This document shows positions 13,272 through 25,489 of a stretch of DNA of 64,000 nucleotides, one piece after another. The position numbers and the translations under genes were made by a program. The notes under the pieces are model-generated. The model was given only the letters and a program-made list of their open reading frames with translations, was not told where the DNA came from and did no database searches. Source of the stretch: Octopus vulgaris (Eukaryota). The stretch spans positions 15,996,001-16,060,000 of the forward strand of contig OX597820.1 in the NCBI GenBank assembly GCA_951406725.2. Reading direction: 5' to 3'. Position 1 is the first letter of the stretch. Each line of letters begins with the position of its first letter.

Positions 13272-13771
13272 TACATTAATCTTGAGTACAAAACAACGCT
13301 GAGATTTAGAGTACGTACTCATTAAAAAGAGTACGTAAGTATTGTTGATGCCATTCTGGTCAAGTGGACCTTTCACTAAAAAGGCGTTCCAGGCAAGCCC
13401 ATCCCGTTTGATTTTGGTATTGCCTCTCTAGCAATACATCACCCAATGTCCGACTTCGCTTTTAAGACGGTATTAGGATAATTTCACGACGATTTAGTTG
13501 CTATTAATCTTGAGTACATTAATCTATTAATCTTGAGTACATTAATCTTGAGTACAAAACAACGCTGAGATTTAGAGTACGTACTCATTAAAAAGAGTAC
13601 ATAAGTATTGTTGATGCCATTCTGGTCAAGTGGACCTTTCATTAAAAAGGCGTTCCAGGCAAGCCCATCCCGTTTGATTTTGGTATTGCCTATCTAGCAA
13701 TACATCACCCAATGTCCGACTTCGCTTTTAAGACGGTATCAGGATAATTTCACGACGGTTTAGTTGCTATT
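13272..13771. repeat. Recent ~234-bp tandem duplication (period 266) with stuttered ATTAATCTTGAGTAC junction filler
   Basis: Copies 13272-13505 and 13538-13771 are nearly identical. They include an old dispersed repeat also seen at ~42600-42770 (-) and ~56335-56520 (+). Confidence 0.93.
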
Positions 13772-14539
13772 TCTAGCGGGTTAATGCGACAGCGTAGAAG
13801 GCTCATTTATTACGTCGATATGGCGTAGCATACTGTTAAGAAGATTGATTCAAGTGCACATTGTGTGATATCACAGACTGGCTTGATCGATAATGGAAAA
13901 TACTCATCAAAGAGGCTAGCTGTTTTATAAGGAGTCTCCAATATACGTTACTATATATGGTGCGTAGTGCAATTCGATAATATAGGCCGATAATCTTCTG
14001 CGCCATCGACAGCAACATCCGGCTTTAATACACGCCGTGCCTGCGCCTAAATCCATTCTACTTCTGCGTTAAACATCCTTTCTCGTATTTATCGTTTGAT
14101 GCATCTATCTTGTTGTTTACCCGCCTATCTATCTTATCGTTCGATCGTCCGATCAATATTGTCAATCCATCGATCGGCTTGCTTTTATTAATTTCATCAA
14201 TCAATCAATTTGGCTACCTGTTTAATGTACGTGTGTATGTATATTTCATGTAGATATGAGTGTGCGTGCGTGTATGTATGTATGTGTGTGTGTATGTATT
14301 ATTCTACTGTTATATTATATGCGATATACATTAAGTATACTGTACGTGTGTAATACACACACACACACATATATATATACATATATATACATATATATAT
14401 ACATATATACATATATACATATATATCTGTATATAGATATATATACATATGTATGTATATACATATGTATATGTATATATGTATATATGTATACACACGT
14501 ACTGTATAAACATATATATATACATATAGATATATATAC

Positions 14540-14593
<54 letters not shown>

Positions 14594-14954
14594 AAAACAC
14601 ACGTACTGTATAAATATATATATATATATATATAAATACATACATATATATACATATGAATGAACGCGCTCGCGCACATGCACACGCGCGCGCGTGCACA
14701 CAAGCTTGTACATATATCCAAATCGATACCATCACCGAGAAGCCTCTCAAGGATTTCTCTTTTACTGCGGCCATGCTGGGGCACAGCTTTCAGTGGTTTT
14801 ATTCGATTATATCGACCACGTTGTTTATTTTCGTCTGGTACTTATTTTTTTTTTTACTAGTATTTATCGAATGGTTAAGTAAAAGGATGCCGGATGACGC
14901 AATCCATAGCTTTAGACCGCTATCCACAAGTAAACAAACAACACACACTCACAT

Positions 14955-15380
14955 ATCCGTTTGTCTGTCCTTGTTTGTTCTTTCTGTGTTTAGCCCCTTG
15001 TGGGTAGTAAAGAAATAGGTATTTCGTCTGCCGCTACGTTCTGGGTTCAAATTCCGCCGAGGTCGACTTTGCCTTTCATCCTTTCGGGGTCGATAAATTA
15101 AGTACCAGTTACGCACTGGGGTCGATATAATCGACTTAATCCCTTTGTCTGTCCTTGTTTGTCCCCTCTATGTTTAGCCCCTTGTGGGTAGTAAAGAAAC
15201 AGGTATGCCGTCTGTCTTTATGTTCTAAGTTCAAATTCCGCCGAGGTCGACTTTGCCTTTCATCCTTTCGGGGTCGATAAATTAAGTACCAGTTACGCAC
15301 TGGGGTCGATATAATCGACTCAATCCCTTTGTCTGTCCTTGTTTGTCCCCTCTGTGTTTAGCCCCTTGTGGGTAGTAAAG

Positions 15381-15385
<5 letters not shown>
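14955..15385 (+). mobile_element. Headless SINE family C concatemer (tail fragment plus 2 bodies)
   Basis: Junctions GAAATAGGTATTTC at 15012-15025 and GAAACAGGTATGCC at 15196-15209; no A-box head upstream. Confidence 0.92.
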
Positions 15386-15415
<30 letters not shown>

Positions 15416-15672
15416 GTGAAGGCGTGCCGCTTTGTGGCTGAGGTAATGGGCTCATGATCGTAAGATCATGAGTTCGATTCGCGGCAACGCGTTGTATCCT
15501 TCAGTAAGACATTTTATTTCTCATTCATCCAGTCCACTCAACTGGAAAAATTGAGAATAAAGCTAAAAGTTCGCTTGTCCGAGCGCTCAGCAACTGGCAC
15601 GTTAATTTTATGAACAGGCTGTTCTGTCGACCCGGATCAACTGGAATCCTCGTCGTCGTGACCCACTGAATG
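15416..15672 (+). mobile_element. SINE family D, diverged and internally deleted
   Basis: GTGAAGGCG head, CORE-like block and B1-type tail end. Confidence 0.75.
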
Positions 15673-15759
15673 CCATATGTGTATATATATATATACACAC
15701 ATATACACACATTTGTACAAGATGAAGCCCAGTGGGATTGGACCATTATATCCTACCAT

Positions 15760-16136
15760 GTGGAAGCACTCCGTCGGTTACGACGACGAGGGTTCCGGTT
15801 GATCCGAATCAACGGAACAGCCTGCTCGTGAAATTAACGTGTAAGTGGCTGAGCACTCCACAGACACGTGTATATTCTCGGGGATATTCAGCGTGACACA
15901 GAGAGTGACAAGGCCGGCCCTTTGAAATACAGGTACAACAGAAACAGGAAGTAAGAGTGAGAGAAAGTTGTGGTGAAAGAGTACAGCAGAGATCACCACC
16001 ATCCCCTGCCGGAGCCTCGTGGAGCCTTTAGGTGTTTTCGCTCAATAAACACTCACAACACCCGGTCTGGGAATCGAAACCGCGATCCTACGACCGCGAG
16101 TCCGCTGCCCTAACCACTGGGCCATTGCGCCTCCAC
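15760..16136 (-). mobile_element. Full-length SINE family B1 with a perfect 13-bp TSD
   Basis: TATATCCTACCAT at 15747-15759 and 16137-16149. Confidence 0.95.
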
Positions 16137-16572
16137 TATATCCTACCATTACTAGATGGTTAAAAAAAAGATTCCACGAAGAAAAAGGATCGTTTAGGAA
16201 ACCTAAACCTACTTCACAAATGAGACGATAAACAAGTTGTTTTGCACCAGATAACAGCCTCGACAGAACAATAGATTTCTCATCAGCATTCTAGCAGTGA
16301 GCATCCTGTATCTGTTTTTTAACTGTGATTTTTCAGGAACAGAATCTAGGACTATGTTATCAACACATGTTAGCAAACATGGACTTCTTTTATACACGAA
16401 ATATGATGGTATATGTTAATCCAGCCGTATAAGCGCGTATGCATTTGCGTGCAGACACAGAAATATTACAATGGCAATGTATTACCATTCTTAATAATAC
16501 AGATGACGAAGGTTTTAACTCTTGTTTTCAGAAATTCAATGCATTGAATATGAAACGTATCACACACACATG

Positions 16573-16658
<86 letters not shown>

Positions 16659-16688
16659 CATACATACTTACATACATACATACATACT

Positions 16689-16727
<39 letters not shown>

Positions 16728-16730
16728 ATA

Positions 16731-16920
16731 GAGAGAAAATTCACAAAAGAAAACAAAAGACGAAGACATGTGGTGTAGAAAACAAACAGATGTATTAGTA
16801 TAACGCTCGGAGATTGAAAAAGTCTTTAACGTTTCGAGCCTACGCTCTTCCACAGAAAGGCACACAGAAAGAAACAAGGAGAGAAAAATATGTGTAGTGG
16901 CTAGCGATCCATCATGCAAA
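16731..16920 (-). mobile_element. Short hammerhead-bearing Penelope-like element (family F); motif at 16824-16859
   Basis: Minus strand: cuuu-CUGUGGA-a-GAGC(guag)GCUC-GAAACGUU-aaag; flanked by (TG)n and (TA)n; five related copies in the window. Confidence 0.65.
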
Positions 16921-16948
16921 CATACATATGCATATATATATATATATA

Positions 16949-16991
<43 letters not shown>

Positions 16992-17829
16992 TCATATATA
17001 TAAACATACAAACATACATATTTGTGTGCGTGTTTGTGCGAGCGTGTGTATAAATTTAGCTTTAATACTAATGTTTCAATCTGTTTTTCTACGTGCATGC
17101 ATATGTCATATGCATGTTTATTGACCGTAGTTTTCGCAATAGAAATAGTTTCCAATATTTTGCACGCCGTTCCTTATAAAACCGCCGAAGTGTTAATGTA
17201 TGAAGCAGAAATCATCTCCACCAACCCAAACCAAAACATGATTAAGGCAATGGTACTTCAACAATACGTCTTCCTTTGGAAATATGGAAGAGGAATACAG
17301 TAACACCCTTCAATTATATCAGGAGTTTGAAAACGCAGGCTACTGATTTCAACATAAAATAGATCCTCAACTGATGAACATTGCAAGTTATATATAGTTG
17401 AAAGACTTTCATGATACACAAAATCTTTTATAAATCTATAAAGTATCTAAATACCAGATCAGAGAACTTCAATAATGTCGCCATTTCTACAAGTACCTTC
17501 AGAACACTGGAAGATCGTACCACCACGTAAGTGAATCAATACAAAGCTACTTGCCAGGAGCAATCTCACTCCCTATTTCTCTCAACAGTATTCACCAACC
17601 AAGAGAAAGTTTTGATTTTGCTATAGGTTTAAAATAATACACTCTTTGGTATTTTCAAGCGTTTATCTTTCCACACTTATTTCTATATGGCAGAATGAAA
17701 CAATATCTAATTATTTACCAAGAACAATCACACACTATTTCCTTCATCTATATTCTTTTACTTTCTTTTTAGGTGCCATGTCCAGAATGAAGGACAAAGA
17801 CGATCGTTTCCTGCCACAATTCTCAGTCT

Positions 17830-18270
17830 TTTTGAAGAAATCGGTACCTTTCATTTGCATAGGAAAGACTTCCGAATCTAGCATAACCCGTATTGAAACA
17901 TATCAGCGCGCATGAAGGTGGGTGGAGAATGTAATAAATACACTAACATCAGAGGAGGGGTTAGATAAGGATGTGTCATGTAACCAGATCTCTTCAGTTA
18001 CTATAACAAACTGATCACAAAAGACATGGCGAAAGAAAAAGGTCTTAATGTAAATATGTACGTGACACAATCTTACTTGGAAAATCGGAAAAACACCTTC
18101 AGAAACCTCTGGAAGTAGTGGTCAGAAGAAGTGAGAGGAAGGGTCTGTTCATAAATTGCAAGAAGGCAGAGTGTATGGGGATGACAAAGAAGGGAAGCTC
18201 AAAGTGCATGCTGAACGGGAACAATCAAATCCTTAAGCAGGTATTTTCCTTCAACTACCTTGGAATTTCA
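17830..18270 (+). mobile_element. Decayed RTE-clade LINE reverse-transcriptase fragment
   Basis: IRGGVR*GCVM*PDLFSYY (GVRQGC..SP.LF motif) and DTILLGKSEKHLQ...KGLFINCKKAECM...LKQVFSFNYLG; contains stops and deletions. Confidence 0.85.
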
Positions 18271-18320
18271 ATCCCCAGTATTAATCGTGATTGCATTAAG
18301 ATTTACAATGACACATTTTA

Positions 18321-18512
18321 TTCTTTTATTCTTTCACTTGTTTCAGTCATTTGACTGAGGCCATGCTGGAGCACCGCTTTTAGTCGAGCAAATCGACCCC
18401 AGGACTTATTCTTTGTAAGCCTAGTACATTGGGAAAGTGTCTTCTACAATAGCCTAGGACCGACCAAACCTTTGTGAGTGGATTAGGTAGACGGAAAATG
18501 AAAGAAACCCGT

Positions 18513-18575
<63 letters not shown>

Positions 18576-18765
18576 GTCTCTGTGTTTGTCCCCACGACAT
18601 AGCTTGACAACCGATGTTGGTGTGTTTACGTCGGCAAAATAGACCGATAGAATAAGTACTAGGTTTACAAAGAATAAGTCCTTGGGTCGATTTGTTCGAC
18701 TAAAGATGGTGCTCTAGCATGGCCGCAGTCAAATGACTAAAACAAGTAAAAGAATAAAAGAGTAC
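18321..18765. mobile_element. SINE family A: inverted tail (~18321-18427, minus) abutting a 5'-truncated plus copy (~18429-18765)
   Basis: Produces ~105-bp inverted termini. Confidence 0.85.
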
Positions 18766-18828
18766 GTACATACATAATACATACATACAGATACACACAT
18801 ACACACATATATATTTTTTATATACCAG

Positions 18829-18864
<36 letters not shown>

Positions 18865-19159
18865 TTTGTGTTTTAGTATGGCCAGAAACAACTGGCTGGA
18901 ACTAGTAAAGTTGTGTATACTAGTGACCTACAAACAGAATTAAGTCAGCGACGTGTAGAATTATGTGTATGTGTGTGTGTGTAAATGGTATTTGTGGCTG
19001 TACGAGTGTGTGTATATGAGTGCGTGTGTAGCTTGATCTGGCCTGAGTATTCTTTCCTCTCTATTACAAAGAACCAGAAAAGTGATCGGAATGTTGCAAC
19101 TCCCGTCCGTCACCATCGCTCCCCTCATCCTCACCATCATCACGGCAATAATGACGACG

Positions 19160-19710
19160 TCCACCACCGCCACCACAATTACCACCACCACCACCACCAC
19201 CATCGGCAACGCCACCACCATCGGCAACGCCACCACCATCGGCAACGCCACCACCATCGGCAACGCCACCACCATCGGCAACGCCACCACCATCGGCAAC
19301 GCCACCACCATCGGCAACGCCACCACCATCGGCAACGCCACCACCATCGGCAACGCCACCATCTCCACCACCATTAGTACCAGCAGCAGCTTCACCGTCG
19401 TCCCTACCAATACCATCACCAACGCCACCACCATCTCCAAAACGACGACGACGACCACCACCACCACCACCGCCGCCACCACCACCACCACCACCACCAC
19501 CACCACCACCACCACCACCACCACCACCAACACCACCACCAACAACAACAACAACACCACCACCACCACCACCACCACCACCACCACCACCACCACCACC
19601 ACCACCACCACCACCACCACCACCACCACCACCACCACCACCAACACCATCAACACCACCACCACCACCACTGTCGCCGCCGCCGACGCCACTAACAGCA
19701 ACAACGACAC
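19160..19710. repeat. (ACC)n low-complexity tract with an 18-bp minisatellite (CCACCATCGGCAACGCCA, ~8 copies, ~19196-19343)
   Basis: Visible periodicity. Confidence 0.95.
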
Positions 19711-19881
19711 CTATTTTTTTCTTCTTCTCAACCGTCCAACGCAATAACCCGAAAGGTACTCAGCTGTCACAAGCAATATGATTACAAGTGGCCAGACTGA
19801 ACGGATCGCTATTGCAATAGTACAACAATAACAGCAACAACAACAACTACTACTACTACAACGATGACAACGACGACGACG

Positions 19882-19915
<34 letters not shown>

Positions 19916-20018
19916 CGATGACAACGACAACAACAATATGATTCCCAGCTTGATTCGTGCGCAGCCAGAAGAGACAGTCACATGCAACCATACATGACGA
20001 AAATGCATACATAACTTG

Positions 20019-20019
<1 letters not shown>

Positions 20020-20074
<55 letters not shown>

Positions 20075-20464
20075 CATACATACATACATACATACGTAGT
20101 ATATACATACATACGTACTATGTATGTATGTTTGTATGTATGTACTACGTACGTACGTAGTACATACATACATTCAAGCATACATACATACATACATACA
20201 TGTAAGCATACATGCATAACTTGCATACATACATGTATACATACATTCAAGCATACACACATAACGTTCATATATGCATACATACATACATTCAAGCAGA
20301 CACACATACATAATGTGCATATATGCATACATACATACATTCAAGCATACATACATACATACATACATACATACATACATACATACATGCATACATACAT
20401 ACATACATACATACATACATACATACATACTATACATAAATACATACATACATACATACATACA

Positions 20465-20500
<36 letters not shown>

Positions 20501-21244
20501 TATACATACATACATACATACATACGTTCAAGCATACATACATATACAAAGACAAACATACATACAAGCATACATACGTACATAGGTACATAGATACATA
20601 TGTACCTACATACATAGATAAGTACACACATTCATACATAGATACATTTGTACGTGCATACATAACATGTATGCGTACATACATAATATACACACGTGAG
20701 GACATGCACACATTGGGGCACTCGAATACACTCGGTAATGTACTAAAATTTTATTCATAGATAAACATTGATCTTCGCACCTAATGATGCCTGCGGGTAT
20801 GAACGTATGTATGTATGTATGTATGTATGTATGTATGTATGTATGCATGTATGTATGTATGTATGTATGTATGTATGTATGTATGCATGTATGTATGAAG
20901 CTATGTATGTACGTATTTATGTATGTACGTACGTATGCATGTATGTACGTATGTATGTACGTATGTATGTATGCATGTATGTAGGTATGTATATATGTAT
21001 GTATGTATTAAATACGTACGTATGTATCTATGCATGTACATTTGAATGTATGTATGTATTTATGTACGTACGAATGCATGCATGTATGTGTGTGTATGTG
21101 CGTGTATTCCCATGCAAATATATAAATATATACGTATATGTATATATACATATATATACACGTATATATATATGTATATATATGCATATATATATGTATA
21201 TGTATATATATATGTATATGTATATGTATATGTATATATATATG

Positions 21245-21275
<31 letters not shown>

Positions 21276-21336
21276 GTATATGTATATATATGTATATGTA
21301 TATGTATATATATATATATGTATATGTATATGTATA

Positions 21337-21387
<51 letters not shown>

Positions 21388-21432
21388 AGAGTAATAATTT
21401 CTATAATAATAAGATAGAAATTATACTCTTAT

Positions 21433-21491
<59 letters not shown>
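20020..21491. repeat. Extended (TA)n/(TACA)n/(TATG)n microsatellite field
   Basis: Visible; switches from TACA to TATG at ~20700-20800. Confidence 0.95.
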
Positions 21492-21494
<3 letters not shown>

Positions 21495-21822
21495 CGGAGA
21501 TGTACTCGCATAGCAAGTAATTTGATCTGAGATCGTGTGCTGAAACGAAAACAATTGCAGCGTGGAAGGTGTTTATAAGCCATTTAAGAAACACACAAAA
21601 GCCGTTCGATTCACTTCAACATTTAAGTTTAATTTGTCAAAATATTTTCGTCGCTAAAATCCGACAAAGTCCGTGCTGCAGCACGGACTTTGTCAGTGAA
21701 CAGGTCGCGGATTTTAGCGACGAAAATATTTTGACAAATTAAACTTAAATGTTGAAGTGAATCGAACGGCTTTTGTGTGTTTCTTAAATGGCTTATAAAC
21801 ACCTTCCACGCTGCAATTGTTT
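21492..21822 (+). mobile_element. Young palindromic Penelope-like element in (TA)n, with 115-bp perfect arms and a 32-bp central palindrome
   Basis: 21549-21663 is the exact reverse complement of 21708-21822; central GACAAAGTCCGTGCTGCAGCACGGACTTTGTC at 21663-21694; hammerhead in the right arm. Confidence 0.8.
21689..21738 (+). ncRNA. Minimal type I hammerhead ribozyme with a swapped G3:C8 core pair
   Basis: uuuguca-GUGAACA-g-GUCGC(ggauuuua)GCGAC-GAA-A(auau)U-U-ugacaaa: 7-bp stem I, 5-bp stem II, palindromic AAUAUU stem III. Confidence 0.72.
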
Positions 21823-21835
21823 ATATATATATATA

Positions 21836-22108
21836 TATTGTTATATTTCGGAATGGTCATATTGCCAGTTTAGCCAATAAAAACACACGCACTATATATT
21901 TGGTGTTATTTTGCTTCAGTGATATTTATTTTTTACATTAATCTTAATCTTATTTCGGCCAAAGTTCTTTCGTCACACTCCTGTGACCGCATCAGTGGTC
22001 CTTTGTTTTATTGGCTAAACTGGCAATATGACCATTCCGAAATATAACAATATCTGTTTCAACACACGACTTCACATAAAAAAATCTTGCACAACAAATA
22101 TTTAAACG
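21836..22108 (-). mobile_element. Second Penelope-like element: ~47-bp inverted repeat bracketing a hammerhead and AATAAA
   Basis: Arms ~21836-21882 and ~22006-22052, with an extension to 22108; (TA)n on both sides. Confidence 0.7.
21957..22001 (-). ncRNA. Minimal type I hammerhead-like motif (A9C variant)
   Basis: Minus strand: cca-CUGAUGC-g-GUCACA(ggag)UGUGAC-GAA-ag(aa)cu-U-ugg. Confidence 0.62.
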
Positions 22109-22139
<31 letters not shown>

Positions 22140-22944
22140 CCGGTTTGTGTAAAAGTTACGAAATATCATTATATATGTCTTAAATATGCAAACAGTTTAA
22201 CGCCTTGAACATTCAAGCGTTATCGCATATGCCATGGATGATGTTTTGGTTAAACTTAATAATGGATGATGCCTGTCAACGCAGCAGCAGCAGTCGCAGC
22301 AGCAGTAGCGGTACTAGGAGCAGGAGGAGTGGAGGAGGAGGAGGAGAAAGATTATCACCGATACAAAATTCCAAGAAAGATCATTGGATTAGCAGAATCG
22401 TTAAAGAGTTGGAATGTTTTATTTTGGGGTGCTTGCTCCGGGTCTTTGCGTTGTAAGTTCAAATCCCATGGAGGTTCAACTCAACTCGGCTTTTTTATCC
22501 TTCTAGGGTCGATAAATAAAGTACTAGATATATACTAATCCCATTTAATCGATATAGTAAGCATTAGATTTTAAAATAAATACCAGTGTTAATTTGATCG
22601 ACGGAACATTTTAAGACAATGCCCCGATATGGCTGCAGTCCAATGTCTGAAGCAAGCAGATTAAAGATAATCTTCACACTCAAACGAGAATAAAGACCAT
22701 CCAATTCTTTATGTAGAGTTTATGTAAGAAGAGAATTAGTTGATGATTCAGACGCCAATTACTCAGAGTTTTCTCATAGGCAAGAAAGCGTGCGTGTCTT
22801 CAATTAACCACGATGAGTCATTGCCCAGATCGGATTGATGAGACACGTGTTTTCATGACTATGGAACTCTGAGTAAAGTCCATGTGACACTTCGTCACTC
22901 GGCAACTCTACTCACGGACACTTCCGTTTATGCAGACGAAGACA

Positions 22945-23110
22945 GGTGTATGAACAGTAAGCAAGTGTACTAGTATGAAGCTCGGAAAAAATTAAAAGGT
23001 CTTTTACGTTTCGAGCCTACGCTCTGCAACGGAAAGGAACAAGAGAAAATAAACAGAGAGAGAGAGAGAATGAAAAAACTTTTAGATTTCAGCAGTCCAA
23101 CATGGCGAAC
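22945..23110 (-). mobile_element. Family F hammerhead-bearing element; degenerate motif at 23001-23036
   Basis: cuuu-CCGUUGC-a-GAGC(guag)GCUC-GAAACGUA-aaag. Confidence 0.6.
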
Positions 23111-23145
<35 letters not shown>

Positions 23146-23152
23146 ACGTGAG

Positions 23153-23459
23153 CACCGTGAACGACCAGGCTATCAGATGTTGCTACACATCGCTGGTCAC
23201 AATGCGCTTCGCATTGTTTTAGCCTTCAAATGACGCCACCCCGCTGGCTAAGCGAGAAGGCCAACAGAAGAAGAAAGAGTGAGTGAAAGTTGTGGCGAAA
23301 GAGTACAACAGTTTTCGCCACCCACCCCCTGCCGGAACCTCGTGGACCTTTTAGGTGTTTTCGCTCAATAAACACTCACAACGCCCGGTCTGGGAATCGA
23401 AACCGAGATCCTACGATCGCGAGTCCGCTGCCCTAACCACTGGGCCATTGCGCCTCCAC
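23153..23459 (-). mobile_element. SINE family B2
   Basis: Matches 3690-3992; lies between (TA)n and (CA)n. Confidence 0.92.
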
Positions 23460-23642
23460 ACACATACACACAAACACACACACACATATATATATATATA
23501 TGCATATATATATATACATATATATATATATACATACATATGTATATACACACATACACACACATATGTACATGTGTGTGTGTATGCATACATATAACAC
23601 CAACGTAGTGGATACTTAACTTCTATCACAACCACTCTTTTT

Positions 23643-23692
<50 letters not shown>

Positions 23693-23815
23693 TTCACTCA
23701 AGATTAATTAAACATTTGTCAGATTATAACATGCTTTTTATCGTTATGTATTATACCAAATGTTCTATCTGCTTTGTGATAGTTTGCTATACCTCTGGTT
23801 GTACACTCACACACA

Positions 23816-23867
<52 letters not shown>

Positions 23868-23942
23868 AACACACACAAACACATAGGTGACCGCGTGCAC
23901 GCACATACACAAAAAACGCAAGCACATATACATTCATGTGTT

Positions 23943-23973
<31 letters not shown>

Positions 23974-24510
23974 ACACGTATATATATAACACATATAATA
24001 TATATATAATGTATATATGTCTGTGTCCGTATATATAAAATATATATATGTTTACATTTATATATATAATGTACATGATATTATATGCATATAACATGTA
24101 TAATATACATTGCGTGTGTGTGTGCATATGTGTGTAATACACACACTTATAATATAGTATATATAATATAGTATATCATTTCACATATTTCTTGCAACTC
24201 GCACTGTGTGACACACCCTTCATTAGTTGTCGATTCGAGATCAAAGCAGTACCAACAACTTCCGACGGTTTCGTTCCCCCCCCCCCCAGCAATACCAAGC
24301 AACATTGATGGTACTATGGAGTGTTCGGATATATTTTCGCCCACACTGAGGTACGCTCTTACCCTCCAACATCCATGCAATCTCCACAAAAAACCGGATG
24401 CAGCTGGTTGGAATTGTGTCAGTGACCAGAGGAAGTAAGCGAGAAGTGAACATAACAGTTTTTTTTTTCTACGTATGTCAAAAGCCAAAATGACTCACCC
24501 TGTAATACAC

Positions 24511-24563
<53 letters not shown>

Positions 24564-25055
24564 ATTATAATTGAGTGATAGAGCAACGAACGCCAGCAAA
24601 GTGAAACTGGGGTACAAATACACGAAGCCCAATATACCCATCATGTCTACCCGTCTGATAAGGGTACGCCAGGCACATGCGTCACAAACATATATACGCG
24701 ACATGGTGTATCTCATATGAAGATAAACAACGTATAACCTTGTAGGTGGGGCCCAGTTAGAATTTTCTTCGGGTCAATTAGCCCATCCCATTCACAAGGT
24801 CCCTGAATAAGGTTTGTTTAAGGATGATGAACAAAATAACCATGTTTCCAGGCGTGAATGATTCAAACCCCGCCAAAAATTCCTCTCAACACACGAGTTA
24901 TGTATGTATGTATGTATGTATGTATGTATGTATGTAGGTAGGTAGGTCGGTAGGTAGGTACGTCCGTCTGCATATGTGTCTTTGCGTGTGTCTGTGCTGA
25001 AGGTGTGTATATGCATGCAAGTAAATAGTTGATAGTGACATCGAAGTTTCAGCGA

Positions 25056-25093
<38 letters not shown>

Positions 25094-25489
25094 CATGCGA
25101 GCTTTTGTGTTTCTCTTCCCACTGGACAATCAGTGTTGTTTGTTGTTTTGTTCCCGTCTTCGTGACTTAGCGATTCGGCAAAAGTGACCGACAGAATAAG
25201 TACCATCCTCAAAAGAACAAAAAAAAAGTAACAACAGGGTTTGATTTGATAGACCAAACCTTCAAGGTGGTTCCCCCTGCATATTTGAGATTGATCTTAG
25301 GGATAAAGAAAATATGTACAGAAGCTCTGTTGTTAAGCCTGTACAAATAGAAAACAGAGACAGCGAGAAACAACAAATATACTTGAAGGTGGTACTCCAG
25401 CATGGCCACAGTACAATGACTAAAACAAGAAAAAGCATGAATATGGAAAATACCGTGGAAATTACTTGAGGGGCAAGATCTGATATTAT

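Noticed and set aside
19082-19747. 221-aa Thr-rich ORF with TIGNAT repeats (mucin-like, NAT sequons)
   Set aside because: It is explained by an (ACC)n tract plus an 18-bp minisatellite. Long ORFs occur in several frames on both strands and there is no splice or domain evidence.
24208-24438. 76-aa ORF in unique sequence
   Set aside because: No recognisable motif, a GTG start and no convincing splice sites.
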